Positions 50,372 through 63,877 of a DNA stretch of 64,000 nt are shown piece after piece (position 1 is the first letter of the stretch; each line of letters starts with the position of its first letter). The notes below the pieces were generated by a model. That model was given only the letters and a program-made list of their open reading frames with translations. It was not told the origin of the DNA and did not search any database. This DNA is from Candidatus Zixiibacteriota bacterium (GTDB lineage: Bacteria; Zixibacteria; MSB-5A5; UBA10806; 4484-95), in contig JBBIRK010000002.1 of assembly GCA_037441845.1 (NCBI GenBank), forward strand, positions 192,001-256,000, given 5' to 3'. The translations under genes and the position numbers were made by a program.

Positions 50372-50461
50372 CAGCAAAACCTCCTCCGGTAATTCTTTTG
50401 CATTCGATGTAATAAATGTCGGTAAAATTCGCGATGACTTGACTGGAGTTCCGATGACAAT

Positions 50462-50490
50462 AAAAAAACCGCCGCCGATTCGGCAGCGGT
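50462..50490 (-). terminator. Rho-independent terminator after ahcY
   Basis: Minus strand ACCGCTGCCGAATCGGCGGCGG followed by U7. Confidence 0.8.
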
Positions 50491-50513
50491 CTGTGCAAGT
50501 CGATGCAACCCAC

Positions 50514-51770
50514 CTACGTTCCCATCTCCCACGAGGCAAGATATTTTCTCTGTTCCGCCGTCAGATGATCAATTTTTATTCCCATCGCCTGCAATTTCAA
50601 CCGGGCGATCGAATCGTCTATCGATTCCGGAATCGAATACACCTTATGCTCGAGCTTCTGCGCCTCGTTCAATAGAAATTCGGCGCCCAAAGCCTGATTG
50701 GCGAAACTCATATCCATCACCGAGGCCGGATGCCCTTCCGCCGCGGCTAAATTTATCAATCTTCCCTCGCCCAATAAAAATATCCGCCGGCCGTCCGCCA
50801 TCACGTATTCCTCGACATTGTCTCTGATTGTGCGACTTTTCCGCGACATTTTTTTCAATGCCGGGATATCTATTTCCACGTTGAAATGCCCGGAATTGGC
50901 GACCACCGCACCGTCCTTCATCTTCCGAAAATGCTTCTCCGTCAGCACATTTATATCGCCGGTCAAGGTTATGAATACGTCCCCGAGCGCGGCGGCGTCG
51001 ATCATCGGCATCACCTGGAAACCGTCCATCGTCGCCTCGATAGCCTTGAGCGCATCGACCTCGGTCACGATAACGTTGGCGCCAAGTCCCTTAGCCCGCG
51101 AGGCCACGCCGCGGCCGCACCAGCCATATCCGGCCACCACCACCGTGGCACCGCAAAGAAGAATGTTGGTCGCCCTCATCACCCCGTCCAAAGTCGATTG
51201 GCCGGTGCCGTAGCGGTTGTCGAAAAAATGTTTGGTCTTGGAGTCGTTCACGGCCAGAACCGGAAACAGCAGGACACCTTTCTTCTCCATGCTCTTCAAT
51301 CGAATGACCCCGGTCGTCGTCTCCTCGGAGCCGCCCAGCACGTTTTCGGCTTGCCGCCTGCGTTTCGTATGCAGCTGCGTCACCAGATCGGCGCCGTCGT
51401 CCATGGTCAAGAGCGGATCGGCATCCAGACAGGCGTTGATATGCTCGTAGTAAACCTTATTTGACTCTCCCCGGATCGAAAACACGGGAATCCCGTGGTC
51501 TTTGACCAGCGATGCGGCCACGTCGTCCTGCGTCGAAAGCGGGTTCGATGCGCACAGATATACTTTCGCCCCTCCGGCTTTCAAGGTGATCATCAAATTG
51601 GCGGTTTCGGTGGTCACGTGAAGACAGCAGGCCATTCGCACGCCGCTTAAAGGTTTCTCCTTGGCGAACCGCTTCCTGATCAGCCGCAACACCGGCATGA
51701 ACCGCTCCGCCCACTCTATACGCAGCCTGCCCTGCGAGGCCAGCTTCAAATCCTTGATATGATATTTCAT
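50514..51770 (-). CDS. ahcY: Adenosylhomocysteinase
   Basis: [41 protein letters not shown]. Confidence 0.97.
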   Translation of the reverse strand: MKYHIKDLKLASQGRLRIEWAERFMPVLRLIRKRFAKEKPLSGVRMACCLHVTTETANLMITLKAGGAKVYLCASNPLSTQDDVAASLVKDHGIPVFSIRGESNKVYYEHINACLDADPLLTMDDGADLVTQLHTKRRRQAENVLGGSEETTTGVIRLKSMEKKGVLLFPVLAVNDSKTKHFFDNRYGTGQSTLDGVMRATNILLCGATVVVAGYGWCGRGVASRAKGLGANVIVTEVDALKAIEATMDGFQVMPMIDAAALGDVFITLTGDINVLTEKHFRKMKDGAVVANSGHFNVEIDIPALKKMSRKSRTIRDNVEEYVMADGRRIFLLGEGRLINLAAAEGHPASVMDMSFANQALGAEFLLNEAQKLEHKVYSIPESIDDSIARLKLQAMGIKIDHLTAEQRKYLASWEMGT

Positions 51771-51771
51771 T

Positions 51772-52935
51772 TCATGCGTCCTTCAATAAATCCCGAACCC
51801 TGTCGGTTTTTTCCCATGTAAATTCCGGCTCCGTCCGTCCGAAATGGCCGTACGCCGCCGTCTTCCGATAAATCGGCCGACGCAGATTCAAATAATCGAT
51901 AATCCCCTTCGGCGTCAAATCGAAATGCTTTTTCACCAGTTGAGTCAGCCGGCTGTCCGGGATTTTCCCCGTATTTCTGGTGCTCACCAACACGCTCACC
52001 GGTTGCTTCACCCCGATCGCATAAGCCAACTGCACGTGGCAAACATCGCTTAATCCCGCGGCCACGATATTCTTGGCGATATGGCGGGCCATATACGATG
52101 CCGATCTATCGACCTTGGTCGGATCCTTTCCGGAAAACGCACCGCCGCCGTGAGCCGCCGACCCGCCGTAGGTATCCACTATGATCTTGCGCCCGGTCAT
52201 GCCCGTATCCGATTGCGGACCGCCGATCACGAATTTGCCGGTCGGATTGATCAGGAAATTCGTCTTATTATCCCGTAAGTGGGCGGGAATCGCCGCAAAT
52301 CCCACGTTCTCTTTGATCTCTTCTTTGGCCTTTTTGGTGATCTTCTTACCGGTTCTATCGAGAATCTCATCCGTGTGCTGACAGGAAATCACCACGGTGT
52401 CCACTCTCTTGGGACGATTGTTTTCGAACTCGACCGTAACCTGACTCTTGCCGTCGGGCCCCAAATACGGCAGAATCTTTTTCTTTCGCACCTCGGCGAG
52501 CCGCTGCGACAATTTATGCGCCAGCATAATGGGCAACGGCATCAGCTCCTTGGTTTGATTGACCGCATACCCCATCATCAGTCCCTGATCGCCGGCGCCA
52601 CCCTTATCGACTCCCTGGGCTATGTCCGGCGACTGGGTGCCGATCGCATTGAGGATCGCGCAGGTCGAATAATTGAAACCGTACTTCGGATCGGTGTAAC
52701 CGATATCCCTTATCAAATCCCGCACCAGACCGGGAATATCGACATACGTCTTGGTGGCTATCTCACCGCCGACGATCACCAAGCCCACCGTTATGAACGT
52801 TTCGCAGGCCACCCGGCCTTCGGGGTCGTCTTTCAAGACCTCATCGAGTATCGCGTCCGAAATCTGGTCGCATACTTTGTCCGGGTGCCCCTCCGTCACC
52901 GATTCCGACGTGAAAAAGAAATTGTTCCTGCTCAT
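51772..52935 (-). CDS. metK: S-adenosylmethionine synthetase
   Basis: [34 protein letters not shown]. Confidence 0.98.
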   Translation of the reverse strand: MSRNNFFFTSESVTEGHPDKVCDQISDAILDEVLKDDPEGRVACETFITVGLVIVGGEIATKTYVDIPGLVRDLIRDIGYTDPKYGFNYSTCAILNAIGTQSPDIAQGVDKGGAGDQGLMMGYAVNQTKELMPLPIMLAHKLSQRLAEVRKKKILPYLGPDGKSQVTVEFENNRPKRVDTVVISCQHTDEILDRTGKKITKKAKEEIKENVGFAAIPAHLRDNKTNFLINPTGKFVIGGPQSDTGMTGRKIIVDTYGGSAAHGGGAFSGKDPTKVDRSASYMARHIAKNIVAAGLSDVCHVQLAYAIGVKQPVSVLVSTRNTGKIPDSRLTQLVKKHFDLTPKGIIDYLNLRRPIYRKTAAYGHFGRTEPEFTWEKTDRVRDLLKDA

Positions 52936-53065
52936 TGATCCTCCATCCAGAAGTGATACCGCTATCGCTGAAATTGTATCGACCCAAAACCGAGACGGCT
53001 GGTCAATTTAACTTTCGCGTCCTCTTCGGACAAGCCCTATTTCGCGTGTCGGCACGGCTTGCCCC

Positions 53066-54040
53066 TCAATCATAGCCTATCTCCGAGCTGTCCCCGAGAT
53101 TCAGCCTGTTGTAATTCCCGATCACCGTCGAATTGTTCCCTATTAACGATGATTCGAGAAGACATTGCCTGACCTCGGCGCGGCTGGATATTATCGAATC
53201 GCGGATGATGCTGTTCTCTATCACCGCCCCGTCCGCTACGCTCACGTAAGGCCCGATCACCGAATTTATCAACCGCGCCGACGGCGAAATATAAACCGGC
53301 GGAATCACGATGGCTTCTTTGTAACTGCCGATCGTCTTGATCTGCGACAACAAGTATCGGTTGGTGTCAAGCAACGCATTCTTCTGTCCGCAATCGAACC
53401 AGCCGTCGACCGTGAAAGTCGTCATCCGACATCCGCGTTCAATCATCAACCCCAGCACATCGGTCAGCTGATATTCCCCCCGCGTCATTATGTTTTTATT
53501 GATCAACTCATCGAGACACTCGCCGAACAAGCCGGTCGATTTTATATAATAAATACCCACCAGCGCCTGATTCGATGTCGGATTTTCCGGCTTTTCCGTT
53601 AACTTGGTGATAAAACGTCCGTCGGTCTCCGCGATTCCAAACCGCCGCGGATCCTCCACCTTTTTTATTCCTATCGAATCGTAGTCGCTGTCGATTATCC
53701 GGTCCAAATTGAAATCGAATATCGTGTCGCCCAAAATTATCAGCACCGGCTGGTCACCCAAATGCGGCCGGGTAAGGTAAATCGCCCACCCCAACCCTTT
53801 CAGCTCCTTCTGCTCGACGAACGTGGCCTTGATATTGTAATGCGTTTTTACGTAATCCTCGATCATCTCCCCCAGAAAACCGATTATGAATATGATATCG
53901 CGGATATTATACGCCAAAAGTTCGTCGAGAATATGTCCGAGTATCGGCTTGCCCGCCACGTGCAGCAAAGCCTTGGGGGCCGTATGCGTATGCGGCTTCA
54001 GGCGGCTGCCGATTCCCGCCGCGGGAATGATCACTTTCAT
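53066..54040 (-). CDS. Sugar-phosphate nucleotidyltransferase (glucose-1-P thymidylyltransferase-like, long form)
   Basis: IPAAG.GSRL.P.T...PK, LGD, EKP, GEYQLTD, W.DCG, C-terminal hexapeptide repeats. Confidence 0.88.
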   Translation of the reverse strand: MKVIIPAAGIGSRLKPHTHTAPKALLHVAGKPILGHILDELLAYNIRDIIFIIGFLGEMIEDYVKTHYNIKATFVEQKELKGLGWAIYLTRPHLGDQPVLIILGDTIFDFNLDRIIDSDYDSIGIKKVEDPRRFGIAETDGRFITKLTEKPENPTSNQALVGIYYIKSTGLFGECLDELINKNIMTRGEYQLTDVLGLMIERGCRMTTFTVDGWFDCGQKNALLDTNRYLLSQIKTIGSYKEAIVIPPVYISPSARLINSVIGPYVSVADGAVIENSIIRDSIISSRAEVRQCLLESSLIGNNSTVIGNYNRLNLGDSSEIGYD

Positions 54041-54041
54041 C

Positions 54042-55103
54042 TTAAGCCATTCCCCGAAACTTACCGAGTTTATCCTTCAAATAATTTATGAACTCCACCG
54101 GCGTCGGGTCAACCTTATTCAAAACCGCCAGATAAAACGAAACGAAATCGAGCAGATGCACCATTCCGAGCATACGTTCCAGCCGTGATTCGCCTTCCGA
54201 TTCCACTACTAACGTTTTAACCTTCCGCGATCGCAACAACTCCGTTACGATCTCGAAACGCCTTTTAATCAGCGGATGCTCCTCTTCATCTCGAAGCATC
54301 ACCACCGTAAACGCGCCCCCCGCCGTTTCATGTTTCTGCCATCCCACCAGTTCGTTGTGATTGAACTCCGGAATCTGATTGCAGAATGCCGGCTGCTTGG
54401 CGTTTTCGCAGATTTGCCCCTTGAATCTTACGCCTGCCGCCCGAAGCAGCCCGCCGCCGGTATAAATCACCGCCGTGCTTCCGTGAATCTCCTGGGCGAT
54501 AAAACGCGCCCGGCTGTTTTCCGATTCGATCAATTGGCCCACCTGAATTTCTCTCAAAGTCGCGGCGACCCGTTCGAGCTCGTTCGTATGATCGACACAT
54601 AAACCGAGCCGTCCCAGGGCGATCAGCAAAGGCGCAAACGAATATCCCAGCGCCGCCCGCGGGGGCAGCCCCGGCGGAATTATCAACGCCGGATGTTTTC
54701 TCTCCGATGCCCGGCGGCTCAACGTCCCGCCCGAGGTTATAACCAACACCTGACAACCCCGCTTGACCGCCTCCGTGTAAGCCGAGAGCGTCTCCTCCGT
54801 CTCTCCAGAATAACTCGAGCAGATAACCAATGTCCTTTGTCCGGCGTGTGACGGCAAATCGTAATCCCGCCAAACCTCGAACGGAATTTCCAGCTCCGGT
54901 GCCAAATAGCTTAAAAGCAGATCGCCGCCGATCGCCGATCCGCCCATGCCGGCGACCACGATCGACCGATAGTCTGCGGATTGAAGCGTCTCGAGATTCA
55001 CTTCTCGGCCGATATCGATTCCCTGTTTGATATGCTCAGGAAACGCGCGGATATGAGCATACATTCCCCCGGGATCCACCTTGCGAAGTTCAGCCGGTTG
55101 CAT
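54042..55103 (-). CDS. Bifunctional phosphoglucose/phosphomannose isomerase
   Basis: GMGGSAIGG, SYSGETEET, PRAA, ENAK, PEFNHNE, DP.PV..I..LK. Confidence 0.92.
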   Translation of the reverse strand: MQPAELRKVDPGGMYAHIRAFPEHIKQGIDIGREVNLETLQSADYRSIVVAGMGGSAIGGDLLLSYLAPELEIPFEVWRDYDLPSHAGQRTLVICSSYSGETEETLSAYTEAVKRGCQVLVITSGGTLSRRASERKHPALIIPPGLPPRAALGYSFAPLLIALGRLGLCVDHTNELERVAATLREIQVGQLIESENSRARFIAQEIHGSTAVIYTGGGLLRAAGVRFKGQICENAKQPAFCNQIPEFNHNELVGWQKHETAGGAFTVVMLRDEEEHPLIKRRFEIVTELLRSRKVKTLVVESEGESRLERMLGMVHLLDFVSFYLAVLNKVDPTPVEFINYLKDKLGKFRGMA

Positions 55104-56886
55104 TTCCACCTCCCCGCATGAAATCGATCAAGGGCCTTAAATCCGGCCAGAGAATTTTTATCCGCCGCCCGATCCATTGCTCGACCTCGTCTGCGGTTTT
55201 CAAACGGCAAGCCCGTTCGGCCAGCCGGGACGCCTTGGCCGCATTAATCCGCCCGATTACAAACTTGGCCGTCCCGATCGATTGAAGGTTAAGAGATAAT
55301 TCTTCCACGCCCAAACCGACAAGCAAAACTATGCCGATCGGGTCGGCCGCCATTTCTCCGCAAACCGCCACTTTGATTCTATGCTTGCGTCCCGCTCGAA
55401 CCGTGCTCTTGATCAACTGCAAAACCGCCGGATGATAACTCTGATACAATCTCGAAATCGACTCGTTGGTTCTATCCACGGCCAACGTGTATTGAATCAG
55501 ATCATTAGTCCCGATCGAAAAGAAATCGACTTCGCGGGCCAGATGCTCGGCTATCAGCACCGCCGATGGCACTTCTATCATTATCCCGATCGGAATCTTC
55601 GCCCTGATTTCGATCCCCTCGGCGGCAAGTTCTTTTCGGCATTCCGCCACCAACTTCTTGGTCGCGATTATCTCGTCGAGACTCGATATCATCGGAAGCA
55701 TTATTTTAAGTCGGCCGTATCCGGCGGCCCTCAGCAAAGCCTTCAGCTGATTTTTGAAAACATCGGGTCGATCCAAACAAAACCGGATCGCCCTCCACCC
55801 GAGAAACGGATTCGGATCGACGGTCTTGACCGCCGAGCCGACGAATTTATCCCCGCCCAGATCATAAGTCCTTATCACCACCGGCCGCTTGCCCAGCCTC
55901 TCCAATATCTGGCGATATACTTTGAACTGCTTTTCCTGCGATGGAAACGCGTTGTTGCTTAGGAACAGATACTCGGTGCGGAACAGCCCTATCCCCTCCG
56001 CGCCGTGCTTGTCGGCACGTCCTGCCTCCGATGGTATCTCTATATTGCCGAATACCGCGATTCTCTTTTTATCGAGCGTGATCGCCGGCTTGCGGGCGAA
56101 CTTGATGACGGCCGCATTGAGACGACCCAGAATCTTGATTCTATTTTTGAACTTCTCCAGCACGGCATGATCGGGATTGACATGAACCGTTCCGGTGAAA
56201 CCATCCAAGATTATCTTATCCGATGACTTGATCTGTGCGACCGCTTCGCCCAATGCCGATACCACCGGTAATTTAAGGGACTTGGCCAAAAGCGAAGTAT
56301 GAGAGGTCGCCCCTCCCAGACCGAGCGCGAACCCGATCTTCCTCCGCACCGAAAATCCGAGCAAATCGGCCGGATTGAGAAATTTGGCGACCACCACGAT
56401 CGATTCGGAGCCGGTGCTTATCACCGTTTTCTTGATTCTCATCAAAAGCCCTATCAGCCGATGCCGCACCGCGTTGATATCGACTATCCGCTCTTTCAAA
56501 TATGCATCCGATGATTGGGAGATCTGCTCGATCACCGCCCGAGTTTCCCTATCATAAATATAAGCGGCCGCAAGTTTTTCCTTCTCGATATGCTCCACCA
56601 CTTTTTCCACGACCACCGGATCGCCGGCCATCATCGCCTGGGCCTCGAATATCGTCGCATATTCGGGGCCGAGCCGCTCGCCCACGTTGGCCGCCAGTTT
56701 CAAAAGCTCCCTTTTCACCTTGGCGATCGCGTTGCGAAAATCGGCCACCTCTTTTGCCACATCTTCGGGCTTGATCGCCGTCGGCGGTATTTCTATCTGC
56801 GTGTAATCGAGTACGACCGCATTGCCGATCAAAATCCCGGGAGACGCAGCCACTCCCCGAAATATCCGATAATCGGAATTGTTCAC
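55090..56886 (-). CDS. ptsI: PTS enzyme I
   Basis: GGATSH, GIGLFRTE, NPFLGWR, MIEVP, FSIGTNDL.QY, CGE. Confidence 0.95.
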   Translation of the reverse strand: MNNSDYRIFRGVAASPGILIGNAVVLDYTQIEIPPTAIKPEDVAKEVADFRNAIAKVKRELLKLAANVGERLGPEYATIFEAQAMMAGDPVVVEKVVEHIEKEKLAAAYIYDRETRAVIEQISQSSDAYLKERIVDINAVRHRLIGLLMRIKKTVISTGSESIVVVAKFLNPADLLGFSVRRKIGFALGLGGATSHTSLLAKSLKLPVVSALGEAVAQIKSSDKIILDGFTGTVHVNPDHAVLEKFKNRIKILGRLNAAVIKFARKPAITLDKKRIAVFGNIEIPSEAGRADKHGAEGIGLFRTEYLFLSNNAFPSQEKQFKVYRQILERLGKRPVVIRTYDLGGDKFVGSAVKTVDPNPFLGWRAIRFCLDRPDVFKNQLKALLRAAGYGRLKIMLPMISSLDEIIATKKLVAECRKELAAEGIEIRAKIPIGIMIEVPSAVLIAEHLAREVDFFSIGTNDLIQYTLAVDRTNESISRLYQSYHPAVLQLIKSTVRAGRKHRIKVAVCGEMAADPIGIVLLVGLGVEELSLNLQSIGTAKFVIGRINAAKASRLAERACRLKTADEVEQWIGRRIKILWPDLRPLIDFMRGGGNATG

Positions 56887-57155
56887 CTATTCCTCGCCGA
56901 ACTTTGTTTCGAAAACCTTGACCATCGCCTCCAGCGCCTCGTTTTCGTCTCGGCCCTTGGCTATAACCATTATCTTGGCGCCTTTTTCGGCGGCAAGCAT
57001 CATCACACCCATGATACTCTTGCCGTTTACCTCGAGTCCCTCCCGCCGCAACATTATCTCCGATTCGAACTTCGACGCCGTTTTCACCAATTGGGCTGCC
57101 GGTCTGGCATGCAAACCCAGCTTGTTGATTATCGTCACCTCGCGCGATACCAATT

Positions 57156-57159
<4 letters not shown>
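56887..57159 (-). CDS. ptsH: Phosphocarrier protein HPr
   Basis: NKLGLHARPAA (His15), KSIMGVM (Ser46). Confidence 0.95.
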
Positions 57160-59223
<2,064 letters not shown>

Positions 59224-59988
59224 TCACTGGCCGGAGTATAGCTCATTGATTATTCCGCGCAGCTCGCTGGGCGTGACATTGCGGATCAGTTTCCCCTCGT
59301 GCGCATACGATATCTGGCCCGTTTCCTCACTGACCACTATCACCAGCGCGTCGGTCTCCTCGGCCAAACCCACCGCCGCCTTGTGGCGCATTCCGTACAA
59401 CCGGGCGTAGGCGGGGTTCTGGCTCAGCGGAAGCGTGCAGCTTGCCGCCACCAGCTGATCGCCCCGGATAATCACCGCGCCGTCGTGAAGCGGTGTATGG
59501 GGAGTGAAAATGCTTTCGAGAAGCTCATGAGACAGGTTGGCGTTCAATTCCTTGCCGGTTTCGGCATATCCCGACAGCCTCATTTGGTTCTCGAGTACAA
59601 TCAGTGCGCCGTAGTGAAGGTCCGCCAGCTTTTCCACCGCCTTCATCAGATCTTCGATCGTGCTTCTGGTTTCCGGCTTGAACAGATAACGCAATATCCG
59701 ATTCTGTCCCAATCTGACGAACGATCGGCGAAGCTCCGGTTGCAGAATGACCACCAGCACCACTATCCCGAATGCCGCTATATTCGATATGAACCACTGA
59801 ACCATCGATAAATCCAGCCAATACGATACCACTCCGATAAGAAAAAACGTCAATATCCCGATTAGCAATTCGAGCGATCTGATATTTCTCACCAAAAGCA
59901 GAAATCGATAGAAAAAATAGCCGACCAAAAGCACGTCAATAAGGTCTATCAGCGTGAAATCGAGAAATCCGATATGAAACAAAGTCAT
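59224..59988 (-). CDS. cdaA: Diadenylate cyclase CdaA
   Basis: 3 TM, QPELRR, PLHDGA, GMRHKAA, VSEETG. Confidence 0.93.
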   Translation of the reverse strand: MTLFHIGFLDFTLIDLIDVLLVGYFFYRFLLLVRNIRSLELLIGILTFFLIGVVSYWLDLSMVQWFISNIAAFGIVVLVVILQPELRRSFVRLGQNRILRYLFKPETRSTIEDLMKAVEKLADLHYGALIVLENQMRLSGYAETGKELNANLSHELLESIFTPHTPLHDGAVIIRGDQLVAASCTLPLSQNPAYARLYGMRHKAAVGLAEETDALVIVVSEETGQISYAHEGKLIRNVTPSELRGIINELYSGQ

Positions 59989-60860
59989 CGACCGGCCTCC
60001 TCGATCGCCTCGATAATTCTCAGGGCGCGATAAGTTTCCGGAACGTCGTGCACCCGAACCACAGCCGCTCCTTTCAGCACCGCATATACGGCCGCGGCCA
60101 ATGAACCCTCAAGCCTTTGATCAACCGGCAATTTCAACGTATTCCCTATGAATGACTTGCGCGATACTCCGATCAACACCGGGTAGCCCGATTTCGTGAA
60201 TCTATCGAGATTCCTCATGATAATCAGGTTGTGTTCGGTGGTCTTGCCGAACCCGATGCCCGGATCGATCATGATTTTCGAATGTGCCACTCCGGCCGCC
60301 ATCGCTTTTTCGACCGCCGCCATTAAAAACGACTCGATCTCGCCCAGCAAATCGTCATAATGGATATTAAGCTGCATCGTCGCCGGCGTCCCCCTCATAT
60401 GCATCAACACCAGCCCGACACCGAACTCCGCGGCCGTCCGGGCCATCTGCGGATCGTGCTGCAAACCGCTTATATCGTTGATCATCGCCGCGCCCGCTAT
60501 ACAAGCCGCCCGGGCTACCGCCGAACGCCGGGTGTCGATCGAAATCGGTTTATTCAATTTCCCCCGCAATCCTTCGATAACCGGCATCACCCGGTCCAGT
60601 TCTTCGTTTATAGTCACTTCGTTCGCCCCGGGCCGTGACGATTCGCCCCCGATATCGATAATATCCGCTCCTTGTTCGGCCATCCGCAAGGCATGTTCTA
60701 TCGCCGGGTCCGGCTGCAAAAACCGCCCGCCGTCCGAAAACGAATCGGGCGTCACGTTCAGAATACCCATCAAGAGAGCCCGCCGTCTGCCCGCATCGAT
60801 GTTCGGTATATCCAGTTTACTTGACATTAAAAAGCAATTATCGCGGAATCCTTCATTCAT
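59985..60860 (-). CDS. folP: Dihydropteroate synthase
   Basis: GILNVTPDSFSDGG, SIDT, DPGIGFGK, SRKS, RVHDV; start uncertain. Confidence 0.96.
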   Translation of the reverse strand: MNEGFRDNCFLMSSKLDIPNIDAGRRRALLMGILNVTPDSFSDGGRFLQPDPAIEHALRMAEQGADIIDIGGESSRPGANEVTINEELDRVMPVIEGLRGKLNKPISIDTRRSAVARAACIAGAAMINDISGLQHDPQMARTAAEFGVGLVLMHMRGTPATMQLNIHYDDLLGEIESFLMAAVEKAMAAGVAHSKIMIDPGIGFGKTTEHNLIIMRNLDRFTKSGYPVLIGVSRKSFIGNTLKLPVDQRLEGSLAAAVYAVLKGAAVVRVHDVPETYRALRIIEAIEEAGR

Positions 60861-60866
60861 CTTCGG

Positions 60867-61448
60867 CTATCGCGATTTGATAAGCAGCAGTGCCTCCTCG
60901 CGGGTCGCCTCGTTGCGCAGCGCCCCGCGCACCGCCGAACTTATGGTTTTCACGCCGGGCTGGGCCAACCCGCGCATGGTCAAGCAGAGCTGTTCGGCCT
61001 CGACCACCACCAGCACTCCCTTAGGCCGGAGCACTTCAACCAGAACCTCGGCGATCTCCGTGGTCATCCGCTCTTGAATCTGCGGCCGTCGGGAAATCGA
61101 CTCGACCACCCCGGCCAGCCTGGCGAAACCGGTTATCGTGTTGTTGCGCGGAATATAAGCGATATGAACGTGACCGAAAAAGGGCAAAAAGTGATGTTCG
61201 CACATCGAAAAAAAATGAATGTTCCTCGCTATGATCAATTCGTCGCGGTTCTCGGCGTGATACAACTTGAGCTTTTTCTTGGGATCGCTATGTAACTGCC
61301 CGAAAAATTGCGCGTAAAACTCGGCCATGCGGCGGGCCGTGTCTTTCAAGCCTTCGGTGGAATGATCGAGCCCCAGCCCTTCAAGTATCAACGAGGCGCC
61401 TCGGCGGATCAGCCCGGTGTCAATCTTTTTCGGCGATCTTTTCTTCAG
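60867..61448 (-). CDS. folE: GTP cyclohydrolase I; start probably upstream of the ORF-track start
   Basis: [25 protein letters not shown]; start placed at CTG 61448 (see findings). Confidence 0.9.
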   Translation of the reverse strand: MKKRSPKKIDTGLIRRGASLILEGLGLDHSTEGLKDTARRMAEFYAQFFGQLHSDPKKKLKLYHAENRDELIIARNIHFFSMCEHHFLPFFGHVHIAYIPRNNTITGFARLAGVVESISRRPQIQERMTTEIAEVLVEVLRPKGVLVVVEAEQLCLTMRGLAQPGVKTISSAVRGALRNEATREEALLLIKSR

Positions 61449-63354
61449 CGGCCTTCTCCCCGATTATCTCGTCTATCTGGTCTCCATCGAGCGATTCCTT
61501 TTCCAACAACACCGCCGCCAGCCGGTGCAGCGTCTCGATATTTTCCGAAAGCAATCGCTCCGCCCGCTTCTGCGCTTCGAGCACTATCCGTTTGACTTCG
61601 TCGTCGATATCCTGGGCCGTCTTCTCCGAATAATCCCGGGCCGTCGCCAATTCTTTACCCAGGAAAATATGCTCCTCTTTCTTGCCGAACGTCAAGGGCC
61701 CCAATTTCTCCGACATCCCCCAGTTACAAACCATTCGGCGCGCCAGATTGGTCGCCTGCTCCAGATCGTTGCCGGCGCCCGTGGTCAGTTGGTCGAACAC
61801 CAACGATTCGGCCACTCTTCCGCCCATTATCTGCACCAGCTTGGTTTCCAGATAACTTTTCGAAAGCGTATGTCTTTCGTCGATCGGCAAATAATGGGTC
61901 AGTCCGAGCGCTATTCCTCGGGGAATGATCGTAACCTTATACACGGGGTCCGAGCCGGGTATCAGTTTTCCCAGCAGTGCGTGACCGGCCTCATGATAGG
62001 CGGTGATTTTCCTTTCCTCGGGTGAAATCATCAACGATCGCCTCTCTATCCCCATCATTACTTTATCTTTGGCCTCCTCGAAATCCGACATCATCACCCG
62101 TTCGTGATTCTTGCGCGCGGCCAAAAGCGCCGCCTCGTTGACCAGATTGGCCAGATCGGCTCCCGACAAACCGGGGGTTCCCCGCGCCAGCACCTTCAGA
62201 TCGACCTTGTCATCGATATTTATCTTGCGCACGTGCACCTTGATTATCCCTTCCCGGCCTTTCACGTCGGGATTGTTCACCACGATCTGCCGGTCGAATC
62301 TCCCCGGCCGCAACAACGCCGGATCGAGAACGTCGGGACGGTTGGTGGCCGCCAGTATGATCACGCCGTCGTTGGATTCGAATCCGTCCATCTCGACTAA
62401 TAACTGATTTAGGGTCTGCTCCCGCTCGTCGTGACCTCCCCCCAGTCCGGCGCCCCTATGCCTTCCGACTGCGTCGATCTCATCTATGAAAATGATACAA
62501 GGAGCGTTGCGTTTCCCCTGATCGAACAGGTCCCTCACTCTGGAGGCGCCCACGCCGACGAACATCTCCACGAAATCGGACCCCGACATCGAAAAAAACG
62601 GAACTCCGGCTTCTCCCGCGACCGCTTTAGCCAGCAGCGTCTTACCCGAACCGGGCGGCCCCAATAGCAGCGCCCCTTTGGGAATCTTCCCTCCCAGCTT
62701 TTGAAATCGGGCCGGCTCGCGCAGAAAATCGATTATCTCCTGCAATTCCTGTTTGGCCTCGTCGCACCCTGCCACATCCGAAAAAGTCACTTTGGGACGG
62801 CTCCCCGACAGCAGACGCGCCCGCGATTTGCCGAAAGAAAATATCCCTTTCGGACCGGCACCCTGCATCTGCCTGAGCATGAAAATCATCCAGAAAACCA
62901 ATAGCAGCCAAGGCAACGATGTCCAAAGCAACCCAATCCATTGCTGGGTCGGCTGCGCTTCCACCGTTACCCCTTTGGCCTCGAGCGTCTCGATCAACTT
63001 CGGATCCTCGAACGGCACGCGGGTCTTGAATTTCTTCCCGGCGATCGTGCGATTTCCCACCGTCTTCTTGTATTCCGCCTTGAATTCGCCCTTGATCTCT
63101 TTCTCGACAAAAATCGCCTTGGAGACGTTCCCCTCGTCGATCTGTCTCAAGAATTCGCTGTAGTTGATCTCGATTGTCCCTTGAGCGCCGCCGGTCAATA
63201 ATTGATAAAACACCAGGCCGGCCATGAAAATGACCGCCCAGAAAAGCAGCGTCCTCAAGCTCTTTTGCCATTTGAAATCATGCCCGCCGCCCGGCTGCTT
63301 CTGATTTTTCCTGGACGGGTTATTCGAATCATCGTCGGATCTATTGAAATCCAC
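61420..63354 (-). CDS. ftsH: ATP-dependent zinc metalloprotease FtsH
   Basis: 2 [13 protein letters not shown] region, HEAGH. Confidence 0.98.
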   Translation of the reverse strand: MDFNRSDDDSNNPSRKNQKQPGGGHDFKWQKSLRTLLFWAVIFMAGLVFYQLLTGGAQGTIEINYSEFLRQIDEGNVSKAIFVEKEIKGEFKAEYKKTVGNRTIAGKKFKTRVPFEDPKLIETLEAKGVTVEAQPTQQWIGLLWTSLPWLLLVFWMIFMLRQMQGAGPKGIFSFGKSRARLLSGSRPKVTFSDVAGCDEAKQELQEIIDFLREPARFQKLGGKIPKGALLLGPPGSGKTLLAKAVAGEAGVPFFSMSGSDFVEMFVGVGASRVRDLFDQGKRNAPCIIFIDEIDAVGRHRGAGLGGGHDEREQTLNQLLVEMDGFESNDGVIILAATNRPDVLDPALLRPGRFDRQIVVNNPDVKGREGIIKVHVRKINIDDKVDLKVLARGTPGLSGADLANLVNEAALLAARKNHERVMMSDFEEAKDKVMMGIERRSLMISPEERKITAYHEAGHALLGKLIPGSDPVYKVTIIPRGIALGLTHYLPIDERHTLSKSYLETKLVQIMGGRVAESLVFDQLTTGAGNDLEQATNLARRMVCNWGMSEKLGPLTFGKKEEHIFLGKELATARDYSEKTAQDIDDEVKRIVLEAQKRAERLLSENIETLHRLAAVLLEKESLDGDQIDEIIGEKAAEEKIAEKD

Positions 63355-63367
63355 CTTTTACCTCGCT

Positions 63368-63877
63368 TCAATCGTCGCAGATAGCCACATACGGCAACTG
63401 ACGAAACCGCTCGCCGTAATCGAGGCCGTAGCCGACCACGAATTTCGTGGGTATCTTGAATCCAGTGTATTTAATATTAATATCGATTTTTCGCGCCTTA
63501 TATTTATCGAGCAAAGCCACGAATTCGATCGATTTAGGTTGCCTGAGCGCCAGATATTGCTTGATATAGTTCGATGTCAGCCCGGTGTCGATTATATCCT
63601 CGACCACCAACACGTGCCTTTTCCTGATATTTGCGCCTATATCCTTGACCAGACGGATTACTCCGGTTCCGCTTTTGCCGGCGCCGTAACTTGCCACAGC
63701 CATGAAATCCAGTTCGCATTCGGCCCGATACTCGCGCACCAGATCGGCCATGAATATGAAACTCCCTTTGAGTATGCCGATAAAAATCGGAACTTCGTCC
63801 TTGTAATCGGCCAGCACTTCCTGGGCCAGCGATTTTATCCGGGCGGCGATCCGCTTTTCCGATATGAGAACCTTCAT
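63368..63877 (-). CDS. hpt: Hypoxanthine phosphoribosyltransferase
   Basis: LKGSFIFMADL, VEDIIDTGLT, FVVGYGLDY; ATG overlaps the upstream TGA. Confidence 0.95.
   Translation of the reverse strand: MKVLISEKRIAARIKSLAQEVLADYKDEVPIFIGILKGSFIFMADLVREYRAECELDFMAVASYGAGKSGTGVIRLVKDIGANIRKRHVLVVEDIIDTGLTSNYIKQYLALRQPKSIEFVALLDKYKARKIDINIKYTGFKIPTKFVVGYGLDYGERFRQLPYVAICDD

Noticed and set aside
50372..50539. N-terminal extension of the cold-shock ORF
   Set aside because: Spans the ahcY terminator; a strong SD defines ATG 50371.
52936..53065. SAM or SAH riboswitch upstream of metK-ahcY
   Set aside because: Two hairpins are present but I could not find SAM-I, SAM-II or SAH consensus elements; an Infernal/Rfam scan would settle it.
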